Shown here: positions 53,124-63,201 of the stretch, one piece after another
How the letters are laid out: each line of letters starts with the position of its first letter
Position numbering within the stretch: the first letter of the stretch is position 1
From: Candidatus Iainarchaeum sp.
GTDB lineage: Archaea; Iainarchaeota; Iainarchaeia; Iainarchaeales; UBA10219
Assembly: GCA_018304425.1 (NCBI GenBank)
Contig: JAGVWE010000005.1
Location: forward strand, 32,001-96,000
DNA: 64,000 bases
Reading direction: 5' to 3'
The notes under the pieces: generated by a model
Seen by the model: only the letters and a program-made list of their open reading frames with translations
The model's database searches: none
What the model was told of the DNA's origin: nothing
Position numbers and translations under genes: made by a program

Positions 53124-54223
53124 TGGTTTACGGACTCGAGGGTTCCACGGCGGCCAGGGCCCTGACGTATGGCTACTCCAATGCCAGGGTCAAGGCCATG
53201 CAGGCCCTGCTGTTCAAGGGCAAGGACCTGGAAGCCCTGGTCGGAGCCAGTGACTTGAAGGAAGTCATTGGCTTCCTGGAGCGAACCAGTTACCGGGAGG
53301 ACCTGGTGGCAACCTCCCTGAATTACAGCGGCATCAACCGCGTGGAATTGGCGCTGGGCCTCAACTATGCGCGGGCCGCCAGCAAGCTATTGAAAATCGC
53401 GCCCAAGGCCGCGTTGCCGGTGCTTGCCGCCATCCTGCGGAAATGGGACGTGCACAACCTCAAAACCATTTTGCTGGGAAAATACGAGAAAAAGCCGCGA
53501 GCCGAGATTGAGCCCTACTTGGTCAGGTGCGGGAGCCTCTCCAAGGCAACCCTCGCCCGGCTGCTGGAAGAAGACAGCATCCAGGAACTCGTTGGATTGC
53601 TGGCCGGCACGGAGTACGGTTGGGTCCTGGAAAGGGCCTGGAAAAAATTCGGGGAAAGCAAGGACATGAATGCGTTCCTGGAAGCCCTGGACCTCCATTA
53701 TTACGCCAAACTTGCGGTCGAAGTAAGCGATACCGGTGGCAGTGAACGCGTCATCCGCCAGCTCGTGGAAGCCGAAGTGGATGCCAAGAACCTGGTGAAC
53801 GCGTTGCGGCTTAGAAGGGAAGGCAAGACCGATGAATACATTGGCTCGCTGTTCGTTCCAGGCGGAAGCCTGGACAGGGAAGAACTGCAGGCTTTGCTGA
53901 AGGCGCACCCCCAAGGGGAGAAGGGCTTCGAGGCCCTCCTCCTGGCGGCACAGAAACGCATGGGGCTGGCCCCCTCGGAGGGCGGCATCGTCCCCTCCAA
54001 GGGCGCGGGCAAGTCCTTGGCAGCCCTTGAAACCCGGCTCGCGCACCGGATCGTCGAGCAAAGCCTCCGAACCCTGCGGCGCAGCATCCTGTCCTTGGGC
54101 GCCTTGGTGGGCTTCCTCTATCTCAAGGAAAACGAAGTGAACAACGTGCGAAAAGTCATCCGGGCCAAGGAATACCGCCTGCCTCCCGCGATGGCAAAGG
54201 AGATGTTGATTATACCGTCATAG
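53123..54223 (+). CDS. atpC: A-type ATP synthase subunit C
   Basis: 'YGYSNARVKAM', 'WDVHNLK', 'KENEV.N.R'. Confidence 0.92.
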   Translation: MVYGLEGSTAARALTYGYSNARVKAMQALLFKGKDLEALVGASDLKEVIGFLERTSYREDLVATSLNYSGINRVELALGLNYARAASKLLKIAPKAALPVLAAILRKWDVHNLKTILLGKYEKKPRAEIEPYLVRCGSLSKATLARLLEEDSIQELVGLLAGTEYGWVLERAWKKFGESKDMNAFLEALDLHYYAKLAVEVSDTGGSERVIRQLVEAEVDAKNLVNALRLRREGKTDEYIGSLFVPGGSLDREELQALLKAHPQGEKGFEALLLAAQKRMGLAPSEGGIVPSKGAGKSLAALETRLAHRIVEQSLRTLRRSILSLGALVGFLYLKENEVNNVRKVIRAKEYRLPPAMAKEMLIIPS

Positions 54224-54235
54224 AGGTTTTGAAGC

Positions 54236-54565
54236 ATGGAAGAATTCCCACACAACATTGCGGTGATTGGCGACCGGGCCACGTCAACCGGCTTCAGGCT
54301 GGCGGGCATCCGGGAGGTCCACGTTTACGAGGACAAGACGGCGGAAAAAAAGCTGGCCGAACTCCTGGAACGCGAGAACCTGGGCCTGATAATCATTAAC
54401 GAAACCCTTTTGCAGAAATTCGACTGGCGGATGAAGAAAAGAATCGAGCGAATCGCCAAACCCGTGATCATTACCGTGCCGGACCGGCTCGGAACCGTGG
54501 TCGAGGAAGCCGAATCGCTTCGCTCGCTGGTGCGAAGGGCGTTGGGCGTTGACTTAATCAAATGA
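54236..54565 (+). CDS. atpF: A-type ATP synthase subunit F
   Basis: 'IAVIGD....GFRLAGI', 'RALGVDL'. Confidence 0.93.
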   Translation: MEEFPHNIAVIGDRATSTGFRLAGIREVHVYEDKTAEKKLAELLERENLGLIIINETLLQKFDWRMKKRIERIAKPVIITVPDRLGTVVEEAESLRSLVRRALGVDLIK

Positions 54566-54574
54566 GGTGGATGG

Positions 54575-56338
54575 ATGGGCGTAATCAAGCGAATCATTGG
54601 ACCCGTTGTTACGGCGGAAAAAATGCAGGGCGCACGCATGTTTGACGTGGTAAAGGTGGGCGAGGAAGGCCTGATTGGCGAGGTCATCAAGCTCAGCGGG
54701 GAAGAAGCCATTTTACAGGTGTACGAGGACACGTCCGGCCTGCAGCCCGGCAAGAAAGTGGAGAACACGGCGCTGCCGCTCAGCGTGGAACTCGGCCCAG
54801 GACTCCTGACGTCCATCTATGACGGCATCCAACGGCCACTTGAAATCATCCGCGCCCAGCACGGCACGTTCATCGCCAGGGGCGCCAAAACAGATGCCTT
54901 GGACCGCAAGAAGAAATGGGAATTCAAGGCCACGGCCAAGGCGGGAGACGTGGTCGAGGGCGGCAACATCCTGGGCGAAGTCCAGGAAACCGAGCTCATC
55001 CAGCACCGGGTCATGGTGCCGCCGGACGTGCACGGAAAGATTGCCAGCATCAGCAGCGGCAAGTTTTCCTTGGAGGAAACCATTGCCGTCATCGAGGACC
55101 AGGGCAAGAAAACCAGGGTCTCGCTGCTCCAGAAGTGGCCGGTGAGGAAACCCAGGCCCTACAAGGCCAGGCTGATGCCGGATACGCCGCTTGCCACGGG
55201 CATGCGCATCATTGACACGTTTTTCCCGGTGTCAAAGGGGGGAACGGCCTGCATTCCCGGCCCCTTCGGCTCCGGTAAAACGGTTTGCCAGCAGTCCCTG
55301 GCCAAGTGGAGTGACGCCCAAATCGTGGTCTACGTGGGCTGTGGAGAGCGCGGCAACGAAATGACGGAAGTGCTGACCGAGTTCCCGGAATTGCAGGACC
55401 CCCGCAGCAAGAAGCCCTTGATGCAGCGCACCATCCTGATTGCCAACACCTCCAACATGCCGGTGGCGGCCAGGGAGGCAAGCATTTACACGGGCATCAC
55501 CATCGCCGAGTATTACCGGGACATGGGCTATGACGTCGCATTAATGGCGGACTCCACTTCCCGGTGGGCGGAAGCCATGCGTGAAATCTCCGGCCGGCTC
55601 GAGGAAATGCCGGGCGAAGAAGGCTACCCCCCTTACCTGGCCAGGCGGCTCGCTGAATTCTATGAGCGCGCGGGCAGGGTCGAATGCCTGGGAGGCAAGC
55701 AAAAAAATGGCAGCGTCACCATCATCGGCGCGGTAAGCCCGCCGGGCGGCGACATCTCGGAACCGGTTTCCCAGAACACGTTGCGCGTAACCAAAGTGTT
55801 TTGGGCGCTGGACGCCAAGCTCGCGCAACGCAGGCACTTCCCGGCCATCAACTGGCTGAAGAGCTATTCGCTGTACCTGGATTTGCTGGAACCCACCTAC
55901 CTGAACACGCTTTCCGCGGAGTGGGTGGATTTGAGGACGAATGCCATGGCCATGCTCCAGAAGGAGTCCGAATTACAGCAGATCGTGCAACTGGTTGGAA
56001 CGGATGCCTTGCCTGAAAAGGAGCAAGCCATCCTGGACGCGGCAAGGATGCTGCGTGAGGACTTCCTCCAGCAAAGCGCGTACGACGAAATTGACGCGTA
56101 TGTCTCGCTCCAAAAGCAGTACCTCATGCTGAAGACCATCATGAAATTCCATGAAAAGGCCGTGCACGCCCTCGAGTTGGGCGCCCAGCTCAAGTCCATC
56201 GTGGAGATGCCGGTCCGGGCCCAGATTGCCCGAATGAAGGAAATCAGGGAAGAGGACGCTGATAAGAAGGTCAACGCCATCCTCTCCGAAATAGAGAATG
56301 CGTTCGGCAAGCTGGCCAGGAGCGTCGGCCCCCTGTAA
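54575..56338 (+). CDS. atpA: A-type ATP synthase subunit A
   Basis: 'GPFGSGKTV', 'GCGERGNEM', 'MPGEEGYP'; no intein. Confidence 0.98.
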   Translation: MGVIKRIIGPVVTAEKMQGARMFDVVKVGEEGLIGEVIKLSGEEAILQVYEDTSGLQPGKKVENTALPLSVELGPGLLTSIYDGIQRPLEIIRAQHGTFIARGAKTDALDRKKKWEFKATAKAGDVVEGGNILGEVQETELIQHRVMVPPDVHGKIASISSGKFSLEETIAVIEDQGKKTRVSLLQKWPVRKPRPYKARLMPDTPLATGMRIIDTFFPVSKGGTACIPGPFGSGKTVCQQSLAKWSDAQIVVYVGCGERGNEMTEVLTEFPELQDPRSKKPLMQRTILIANTSNMPVAAREASIYTGITIAEYYRDMGYDVALMADSTSRWAEAMREISGRLEEMPGEEGYPPYLARRLAEFYERAGRVECLGGKQKNGSVTIIGAVSPPGGDISEPVSQNTLRVTKVFWALDAKLAQRRHFPAINWLKSYSLYLDLLEPTYLNTLSAEWVDLRTNAMAMLQKESELQQIVQLVGTDALPEKEQAILDAARMLREDFLQQSAYDEIDAYVSLQKQYLMLKTIMKFHEKAVHALELGAQLKSIVEMPVRAQIARMKEIREEDADKKVNAILSEIENAFGKLARSVGPL

Positions 56339-56365
56339 GGGGGTTAGCACAGGATAGGTGAAAAC

Positions 56366-57751
56366 ATGGCGATAAAGGAATACCAGACCGTTACCGACGT
56401 TGCCGGCCCCCTCGTCTTCGTGGACCGGGTGGAAGCCATTGGCTACAACGAGCTCGTGGAAGTCATCCTGCCCAACGGCGAGCGCAGGAAAGGCCAGGTA
56501 TTGGACACGGCCAAGGGAAGGGCCGTGGTGCAGATTTTCGGGAGCACGACAGGCGTTGACACCCAGCACACAAGGGTCCGGTTCCTGGGCGAAACCATGC
56601 GCATCAGCGTTTCGGATGAAATGCTGGGCCGTGTGTTCAATGGCTTGGGCGAGCCCCGCGACAACGGCCCCACCATCATTGCCGACGAAAAAATCGACAT
56701 CATTGGTTCGTCCATCAACCCGACCGCGCGGCGGAAGCCCGAGGACTTCATCCAGACCGGCATCAGCACCATTGACGTCATGAACACCCTGGTGCGGGGT
56801 CAGAAGCTGCCTATTTTTTCGGGCGCTGGCATGCCGCACAACGATGTCGCGGTCCAAATCGCGAGGCAGGCCAAGGTGCTGAAGGGAACCGACAAGTTCG
56901 CGGTGGTGTTTGCCGCCATCGGAATAACCCACGAGGAAGCAGCGTTCTTCATGCGGGACTTTGAGATGACAGGAGCCCTGGAAAGGGCCGTGCTGTTCCT
57001 CAACCTCGCGGACGACCCCTCGGTGGAAAGGCTGATTACGCCAAGAATGGCGCTTACAACCGCTGAATACCTGGCGTATGAAAAGGACATGCACATCCTC
57101 GTCATCCTCACGGACATGACCAACTACTGCGAGTCCCTCCGCGAGATTGCCGGGGCAAGGGAAGAGGTTCCAGGGCGAAGGGGCTATCCGGGCTACATGT
57201 ACACGGACCTGGCCTCCATTTACGAGCGGGCCGGCATCGTCAAGGGAAAAAAGGGCTCCATCACGCAGTTGTCTATTCTCTCCATGCCTGGTGGGGACAT
57301 CACGCACCCCATTCCGGATCTCACGGGCTACATCACGGAAGGCCAGATTGTGCTGAACAACGACTTGCACCGGAAGGGCATTTTTCCCCCCATTGACGTG
57401 CTGCCCAGCTTGTCGAGGCTCATGAACCTCGGCATTGGCGGCGAGAAAACGCGGGAAGACCACCGGGGGGTGGCAGACCAGTTGTACGCCGCGTATGCCA
57501 CGGGACGCGACTTGCGAAGCCTCTCGGCCGTGGTGGGCGAGGAAGCCCTCACCGAAAACGACCGGAAGTACTTGAAGTTCGCGGACGCCTTTGAGAACCG
57601 GTTCGTGCGGCAGGGCAAGCACGAGAACCGGGAAATCCATCAGTCGCTGGACTTGGGCTGGGAACTGTTGTCGGGCCTGCCTGAAACCGAGTTGAAGAGG
57701 ATCAAGAAGGACTACATCGCCAAGTATGGCAAGCGCTTCCGGAAGGAGTGA
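56366..57751 (+). CDS. atpB: A-type ATP synthase subunit B
   Basis: '[10 protein letters not shown]', '[14 protein letters not shown]', '[11 protein letters not shown]'. Confidence 0.98.
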   Translation: MAIKEYQTVTDVAGPLVFVDRVEAIGYNELVEVILPNGERRKGQVLDTAKGRAVVQIFGSTTGVDTQHTRVRFLGETMRISVSDEMLGRVFNGLGEPRDNGPTIIADEKIDIIGSSINPTARRKPEDFIQTGISTIDVMNTLVRGQKLPIFSGAGMPHNDVAVQIARQAKVLKGTDKFAVVFAAIGITHEEAAFFMRDFEMTGALERAVLFLNLADDPSVERLITPRMALTTAEYLAYEKDMHILVILTDMTNYCESLREIAGAREEVPGRRGYPGYMYTDLASIYERAGIVKGKKGSITQLSILSMPGGDITHPIPDLTGYITEGQIVLNNDLHRKGIFPPIDVLPSLSRLMNLGIGGEKTREDHRGVADQLYAAYATGRDLRSLSAVVGEEALTENDRKYLKFADAFENRFVRQGKHENREIHQSLDLGWELLSGLPETELKRIKKDYIAKYGKRFRKE

Positions 57752-57755
57752 GGGC

Positions 57756-58397
57756 ATGGCCGAGGAAGACATCAAGACCACTCGCCTGGAACTCATCGAA
57801 ACCCGGGGCCGGGTGGTTTTGGCCGAGAAAGGGCATAACCTGCTGAAACAAAAGCAGGACGTCCTCATCCTCGAGTTCTTCAAGATACTAGGCAAGGCCA
57901 AGGACTTGCGGAACGAGCTCAACACGCAGATGACTGCTGCCTTCCAGGGGCTGGCCGTGGCCGAAGCCTACCACGGCATCCACGAGCTGGAGGCGGTCGC
58001 CTTAGCGGTCAAAACCGCTTCCGGCATCAACGTGCAGGTGAAGAACGTGATGGGCGTCAAAATCCCGGAAATCCGGGGAAGGGATGTCAAGAAAACCCTG
58101 ACCGAGCGCGGCTACAGCGTGGTGGGCACGTCCGCCAAAATCGACGAGGCCGCTTCCGCCTTTGAGGGCGCGCTGGAAATGGTCATCAAGCTGGGGGAAA
58201 CCGAGAATGCCTTGAAGCGGCTGGTGCGCGAAATCGAGAAAACCAAGCGCAGGGTCAATTCATTGGAATTCATCCTCATCCCACGGCTCAAGGAAAAAGT
58301 GAAGATTATCAGCATGCGCTTGGAGGGCCTGGAAAGAGACCAGTTCATCGCCCTCAAAATCGTGAAGAAAAAAATTGCGGCGAAGAAGGCGGCGTGA
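57756..58397 (+). CDS. atpD: A-type ATP synthase subunit D
   Basis: 'TRLEL', 'GH.LLK.K.D.L', 'TKRRVNSLE'. Confidence 0.95.
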   Translation: MAEEDIKTTRLELIETRGRVVLAEKGHNLLKQKQDVLILEFFKILGKAKDLRNELNTQMTAAFQGLAVAEAYHGIHELEAVALAVKTASGINVQVKNVMGVKIPEIRGRDVKKTLTERGYSVVGTSAKIDEAASAFEGALEMVIKLGETENALKRLVREIEKTKRRVNSLEFILIPRLKEKVKIISMRLEGLERDQFIALKIVKKKIAAKKAA

Positions 58398-58566
58398 TGG
58401 CGGCAAGTAGCAACTGAACGCCGTTTACGTAAATGACTAGGTTTCCTTATTGCACGCGCGCAAACGCGTGATTTTCACGGCGGAACACTCAATTCACGCG
58501 GCCCTGAACTCATCGCGCCCCCGGCACTGGCCCTTGAGCCGCGGTTCCTGGGCCCACCCAAGCCGT

Positions 58567-58692
58567 TCAACACCCAGTCTCACAGTCGAAGTCCCTTTCA
58601 TAGAAATCCGTCTCATCGTAGGGAATCAACTCACCCCCGCAGAGCATGCCGCAAGCCAACTGCACGCACTTGCCCGTTTGTCGCTTTTTCAT
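58567..58692 (-). CDS. Candidate 41-aa Cys-rich peptide (below ORF-track cutoff)
   Basis: MKKRQTGKCVQLACGMLCGGELIPYDETDFYERDFDCETGC*, preceded by GGGGTGGTG SD-like site. Confidence 0.45.
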   Translation of the reverse strand: MKKRQTGKCVQLACGMLCGGELIPYDETDFYERDFDCETGC

Positions 58693-58751
58693 GCCACCAC
58701 CCCGTATATCTACCTACATCCATATCTAAATAGCCAATACGCTTAATTATT

Positions 58752-58933
58752 ATGTTTTCATGGAAAAAATTTACTACTTATCCAGTTATAACGCATTTTT
58801 CTTCTACTTGTTCATGAGGTATTCCCAGGGCCCGAACAACCATCGGAGAAGGAAAACAACGTCGGTAATAGCCAAGCAGACAAGTAAAAATAAAATAAAT
58901 GGCGTAGTTTTTCATGTTTACATGGAAAAAAAT
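58752..58933. promoter_or_regulatory. Two copies of ATGTTTWCATGGAAAAAA in an AT-rich divergent promoter region
   Basis: Copies start at 58752 and 58914. Confidence 0.5.
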
Positions 58934-58966
58934 AGGTTTAAATTCATATTTAACGAATGATGGATC

Positions 58967-59995
58967 ATGCGTGCTGCTGTTGAATCCCTGGATGCCAGGG
59001 ACCGAAAACTTGCCTTCCTCCTGTCCAAGAACTGCCGGACCAGCTACCGGAACCTGGGAAAATTGCTGGGGCTTTCCCCGGACAGCGTGCGCTACCGCCT
59101 GGCGAAACTCGAAAAACAAGGCGTGATCAGGGGCTATGTTGTGGTGCCGAACTCGTTCGCGCTGGGCAAAATGATTACCTCGGTTTTTGTCTCCTTCCAC
59201 AACCTTCCCAGGGAAAGCGGCAGCCGAATCGTTGAACTCCTGAACCGGCAGAAGGAAATCGTTTTCGCGTACAAGACCCAGGGTGCCTGGGACCTGGTCT
59301 TCCAGGTCGAGCACAAGGGGATGTTCGAATTGAACAAAACCTTGGAAGAATTCAGGGCCGTGTGCGGCGAAGAAAAAATCGACCAGCTCTTCTACCAAGC
59401 CCACGTGGGCGAATACAAGTTCAGGCAAGCGCCCGAAGCGATTTTAGGCGGGCAAAAAGTTTCCGAAATCCTCTCCATCCGCGCGGATGCATCCTTCGCC
59501 AAGGACTTCCTCGACGCGCCCCCCACGGAACTCGTGGAACAGGCGCCGGCCAAAATGAGCGAAGCCGATGGGCTGGTGCTGAACCGGTTGTCCGACGACG
59601 CAAGGATAAGCCTCACCGAGCTGGCCCTGAAGACCGGCTTAAGCGTCGACCAGGTTCGGTACAAAATAAGGCGCCTGGTCAGGCAGGGAATCATCCAGGC
59701 GTTCTGGGCCGTCCTGGACCTCCAGAAGTTCGGCCTCCACCGCTTTGACCTCCTGGTCAAGCTGAAAAACCTGGACTCCAAGGCCAGGGCACGGATGAAA
59801 ACCTACTTCCTCAACCACCCGAAGGTCGTCCGAGCCATTCTCACCTGCGGTCCCTACGGCTTATGGGTCAACCTCACCTGCGAGGACCTCTCCAAATGCC
59901 GTGAAACCGTGGAAGAATTCAGCGAACGCTTCCATGACTACCTACTGGATGCGGACATGCTGATGGTGTTCGAGGAACTGAAGTTCAGGTTCTAA
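58967..59995 (+). CDS. Tandem (double) Lrp/AsnC regulator
   Basis: Two HTH+RAM units: 'LDARD..L..LLSKNCR.SY..LG...GLS...VRYR' and 'D..VL..L.DDAR.SL.ELA..TGLS...VRYKI'. Confidence 0.9.
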   Translation: MRAAVESLDARDRKLAFLLSKNCRTSYRNLGKLLGLSPDSVRYRLAKLEKQGVIRGYVVVPNSFALGKMITSVFVSFHNLPRESGSRIVELLNRQKEIVFAYKTQGAWDLVFQVEHKGMFELNKTLEEFRAVCGEEKIDQLFYQAHVGEYKFRQAPEAILGGQKVSEILSIRADASFAKDFLDAPPTELVEQAPAKMSEADGLVLNRLSDDARISLTELALKTGLSVDQVRYKIRRLVRQGIIQAFWAVLDLQKFGLHRFDLLVKLKNLDSKARARMKTYFLNHPKVVRAILTCGPYGLWVNLTCEDLSKCRETVEEFSERFHDYLLDADMLMVFEELKFRF

Positions 59996-60008
59996 AAAAT
60001 TATCTTTG

Positions 60009-60032
60009 GAATAATTCTTTTCATAATTATTC
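60009..60032. promoter_or_regulatory. Perfect inverted repeat GAATAATT-N8-AATTATTC, candidate operator
   Basis: Read directly; lies upstream of TTATTTAA and the metB-like start. Confidence 0.5.
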
Positions 60033-60088
60033 TTCCTAGGAATTTATCTTTCAAGAAGCCTTATTTAAGCGGACGCCAAGAGTATGTG

Positions 60089-61237
60089 ATGAGCCAACGC
60101 TTCGACACCTTGTGCGTGCATTCCGGCAGCCAGCAGGACCCCGTCACGGGGGCGGTAGTGTCGGCAATCCAGCCAGCCGTGACCTTCCGGCAGCTTGGAA
60201 TAGGAAAACCATTGGGCTTCGAGTATTCCCGTGCCGCCAACCCCTCACGCCGGGTGCTAGAGCGAAGCATCTCCGAACTGGAGGGATACAAGCACTCGGT
60301 CTGCTTCGGATCCGGCATCGCCGCCGAACTGGCGCTGTTCCAAACCCTCAAACAGTATGACCACGTCCTCTTTTGCGAGGAAACCTATGGGGGAACGTTC
60401 CGCTTGATGAAGACCGTGCTCAACAAGTTCGGCCTCCGCAGTGATTTCGTGCAAATGGATTCCCCTGACCGCATCACGGACTACGTCACAAAGGACACGA
60501 AAATGGTGTTCGTGGAGTCCCCAACCAATCCACTGCTGGACGTCATCGACCTCCAGGGGGTTGGGGAAGTCGCAAAAAAGCACGGCCTGCTTTACGTGGT
60601 CGACAACACCCTCCTGAGCCCTGCATTCCAGCAACCCAAGAAGTTCGGGGCCGACGTGGTCGTGCACAGCTTGACGAAATACCTGGCAGGGCACAACGAC
60701 GTCGTCGGGGGCTCGTTGTCCTTCGACGACGCATCCCTCCAAGAGAAACTCGGCCACCTGATTAAGGCCACGGGCGCGGTCCTCTCGCCATTCGAGTGCT
60801 ATCTGACCCTGCGCGGCATCAAGACGCTTTACTTGAGGATGCAGAAACACGAGGCCAACCACGAAAAAATCGCCGCCTTCCTTGAACGCCATCCAAAGGT
60901 GAAGAGAGTGTACTCCACTACGCTGTCCTCCCACCCGAAACGAGAGCGCTTCCTGGCACAGGCCACGGGACACGGCGGCACGTTCTCCTTCGAGTTGAAA
61001 GGCGGACTGGCGAGCGCCAAAAAGTTCGTGCGGGGGCTCAGCCTATGGACCTTTGGGGAAAGCCTGGGCGGCGTTGAATCCCTGGTTTCGCATCCCCCCA
61101 CCATGAGCCATTCCTCCCTTTCCCGCGAAGAACGATTGAAGCGAGGCATCCACGACGGCTTGCTCAGGCTCTCCTGCGGCATCGAGAACGCGGACGACCT
61201 GATCTCCGACTTGGAGGAGGCGCTTGCCGGCGTTTGA
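60089..61237 (+). CDS. Cystathionine gamma-synthase/lyase family PLP enzyme
   Basis: 'YSR.ANP', 'ESPTNP', 'DNT', 'HSLTKYLAGHND', 'SLGGVESL..HP..M.H', 'RLS.GIE'. Confidence 0.93.
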   Translation: MSQRFDTLCVHSGSQQDPVTGAVVSAIQPAVTFRQLGIGKPLGFEYSRAANPSRRVLERSISELEGYKHSVCFGSGIAAELALFQTLKQYDHVLFCEETYGGTFRLMKTVLNKFGLRSDFVQMDSPDRITDYVTKDTKMVFVESPTNPLLDVIDLQGVGEVAKKHGLLYVVDNTLLSPAFQQPKKFGADVVVHSLTKYLAGHNDVVGGSLSFDDASLQEKLGHLIKATGAVLSPFECYLTLRGIKTLYLRMQKHEANHEKIAAFLERHPKVKRVYSTTLSSHPKRERFLAQATGHGGTFSFELKGGLASAKKFVRGLSLWTFGESLGGVESLVSHPPTMSHSSLSREERLKRGIHDGLLRLSCGIENADDLISDLEEALAGV

Positions 61238-61246
61238 GGTGCATGC

Positions 61247-62173
61247 ATGGACGACGTAAAGATTTTCGCGCCAGCCAGCGTCGCCAACGTCGGACCTGGT
61301 TTCGACGTGCTCGGGTTCGCCTTGGAAGGGATTGGGGACATTGTGAAGGCACGCCGCGTAACCGGAAAAGGCGTCCGCCTCACGCACATCCACAACGACG
61401 GTGGACGCCTCCCGCTGGACCCGGCCAAGAACACGGCCTCGGTCGCCGCACAGCAGGTGCTCGAAAAGCTCGGCATACGAGGGGAAGGCATCGAACTGGA
61501 ACTCGAAAAAGGGCTTCCCTTGAATTCGGGCCTGGGCAGCAGCGGAGCAAGCGCGGCCGCCGGCGCCTACGCTGCCCTTAAACTGTTTGGAAACGGCCAG
61601 AACAAGGAAGAAGCCCTTGAAGCCTGCGTAAAAGCCGAGGGCGTGGCCAGCGGTTTCCACGCCGACAACGTGGCACCTGCCCTGCTGGGCGGCGTCGTGC
61701 TGATAAGGAGCTATACCCCCCTTGACTTCATTCGCATCCCGTTCTCTGCCAGTGTCTACGTCACCCTGGTGAAGCCGGACATCGAAATACGGACCCGGCA
61801 GGCAAGAGAAGCCCTTCCCCGCAAAGTGCCGTTGGCGGGTTTGGTGAAAAACACGGGAAACGTGGCGGCGCTTGTATCCGGTTTCTTCCTCAACGACCCT
61901 GCCACCATAGGAAAGGCCATCGACGACTGTCTGATTGAACCGGTGCGGCAGAAACTCATCCCGGGATTCAGGGAAGCAAAACAAGCCGCCATCGAAGCAG
62001 GCTGCCTTGGATGCAGCATCGCCGGTTCGGGGCCGAGCGTCTTCGCCCTCTCCGAATCCAAGAAAACCGCCAAGGCCATTGGCGAAGCCATGCGTTCGGC
62101 GTTCACGGCGAAGGGGCTGGGTGCCACGAAAATCGTCTCGTGCATCAGCAGCTTCGGTGCGCGCAGCATGTAA
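61247..62173 (+). CDS. thrB: Homoserine kinase
   Basis: 'APASVANVGPGFDVLG', 'GLGSSGAS', 'HADNVAP', 'GSGPS'. Confidence 0.95.
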   Translation: MDDVKIFAPASVANVGPGFDVLGFALEGIGDIVKARRVTGKGVRLTHIHNDGGRLPLDPAKNTASVAAQQVLEKLGIRGEGIELELEKGLPLNSGLGSSGASAAAGAYAALKLFGNGQNKEEALEACVKAEGVASGFHADNVAPALLGGVVLIRSYTPLDFIRIPFSASVYVTLVKPDIEIRTRQAREALPRKVPLAGLVKNTGNVAALVSGFFLNDPATIGKAIDDCLIEPVRQKLIPGFREAKQAAIEAGCLGCSIAGSGPSVFALSESKKTAKAIGEAMRSAFTAKGLGATKIVSCISSFGARSM

Positions 62174-62189
62174 AGGGGAGGCAACAGGC

Positions 62190-63173
62190 ATGCAAACGAC
62201 CAGACTGGGTTTGATTGGTTTCGGCACGGTGGGCACGGGCGTGGTAAGATTGCTGCAGAAAAACGCTGGCCTCATCCGCGAGCGGACTGGGATGTGCCTC
62301 GAACTAAAGAGAATCGTCGACTGCCACATTGACCGGGAAAGGCCGGTCAAGGTAGCGAAGGAAATCCTGTCGACCGATGTCAACGAAATACTCGAAGACC
62401 CAACTATCGACGTCGTCATTGAACTCATTGGCGGCTATTCCCCGGCAAGGGAATACATCCTGCAGGCGCTGAGGAACGGCAAACACGTGGTGACGGCAAA
62501 CAAGGCCTTGCTGGCAAGGGACGGCCCAGAGATTTTTGCCGAGGCGGAAAAAGCACGCAGAAGGGTGTTCTATGAGGCAAGCGTGGGGGGCGGCATCCCC
62601 ATCCTGCTCGCGCTGGAAAGGGGCCTGGTCGGAAACAAAATCGAAAGCATCCGCGGCATATTGAATGGCACCTGCAACTTCATCCTCACCAAAATGGAGG
62701 GCGGAGTGTTAGAGTACGCAGATGCATTGAAGCTCGCGCAGGAAAAAGGGTTTGCCGAAGCGAATCCACGGCTCGACGTTGAAGGCAGTGACGCAATGCA
62801 CAAGCTCGTCATCCTTTCACGGCTGGCGTTCGGAGGGGAAAGCGATGAAATGACTGTGGAACTTAAGGGCATAACGCACGTTACTCAAGCAGACGTACGT
62901 GCAGCCCGGGCAGCGGGCAAGAAAATAAAGCTGGTGGCGGAGGCAACAACAAGGAAAGGAGAGGCAAGCCTGCGCGTTTCGCCGAAAGAGCTGCCGCTGG
63001 ATGACCCGCTGGCAAGGGTCGACGACGAAATGAACGCGATAGTGGTGAAAGGCGATTTCGCAGGCGAATTGTTTTTCGCCGGCAGGGGGGCGGGAATGGA
63101 TGCAACGGCCAGCGCGGTGGTCGCAGACCTCGTCGAGGCAGCGAAACAATTAAACCGCTCCCGAGCAGAGTGA
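62190..63173 (+). CDS. hom: Homoserine dehydrogenase (no ACT domain)
   Basis: 'GFGTVG', 'VTANK', 'EASVGGGIP', 'GILNGT.NFIL', 'GRGAG...TASAV..D'. Confidence 0.95.
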   Translation: MQTTRLGLIGFGTVGTGVVRLLQKNAGLIRERTGMCLELKRIVDCHIDRERPVKVAKEILSTDVNEILEDPTIDVVIELIGGYSPAREYILQALRNGKHVVTANKALLARDGPEIFAEAEKARRRVFYEASVGGGIPILLALERGLVGNKIESIRGILNGTCNFILTKMEGGVLEYADALKLAQEKGFAEANPRLDVEGSDAMHKLVILSRLAFGGESDEMTVELKGITHVTQADVRAARAAGKKIKLVAEATTRKGEASLRVSPKELPLDDPLARVDDEMNAIVVKGDFAGELFFAGRGAGMDATASAVVADLVEAAKQLNRSRAE

Positions 63174-63201
63174 AGTAGTCATATGGTTTTGGATGATTTT
63201 C

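Noticed and set aside
35796-56338. Inteins in nrdJ or atpA
   Set aside because: Lengths are normal and motifs at the usual insertion sites are contiguous
55973-57925. 650-aa minus-strand ORF
   Set aside because: Antisense shadow of atpA/B/D; the same applies to shadows over nrdJ, tyrS, cysS and thrB
58450-58960. ORFs 58450..58746 and 58760..58960 (+)
   Set aside because: No SD, atypical composition, AT-rich regulatory context; the minus-strand 41-aa ORF is better supported
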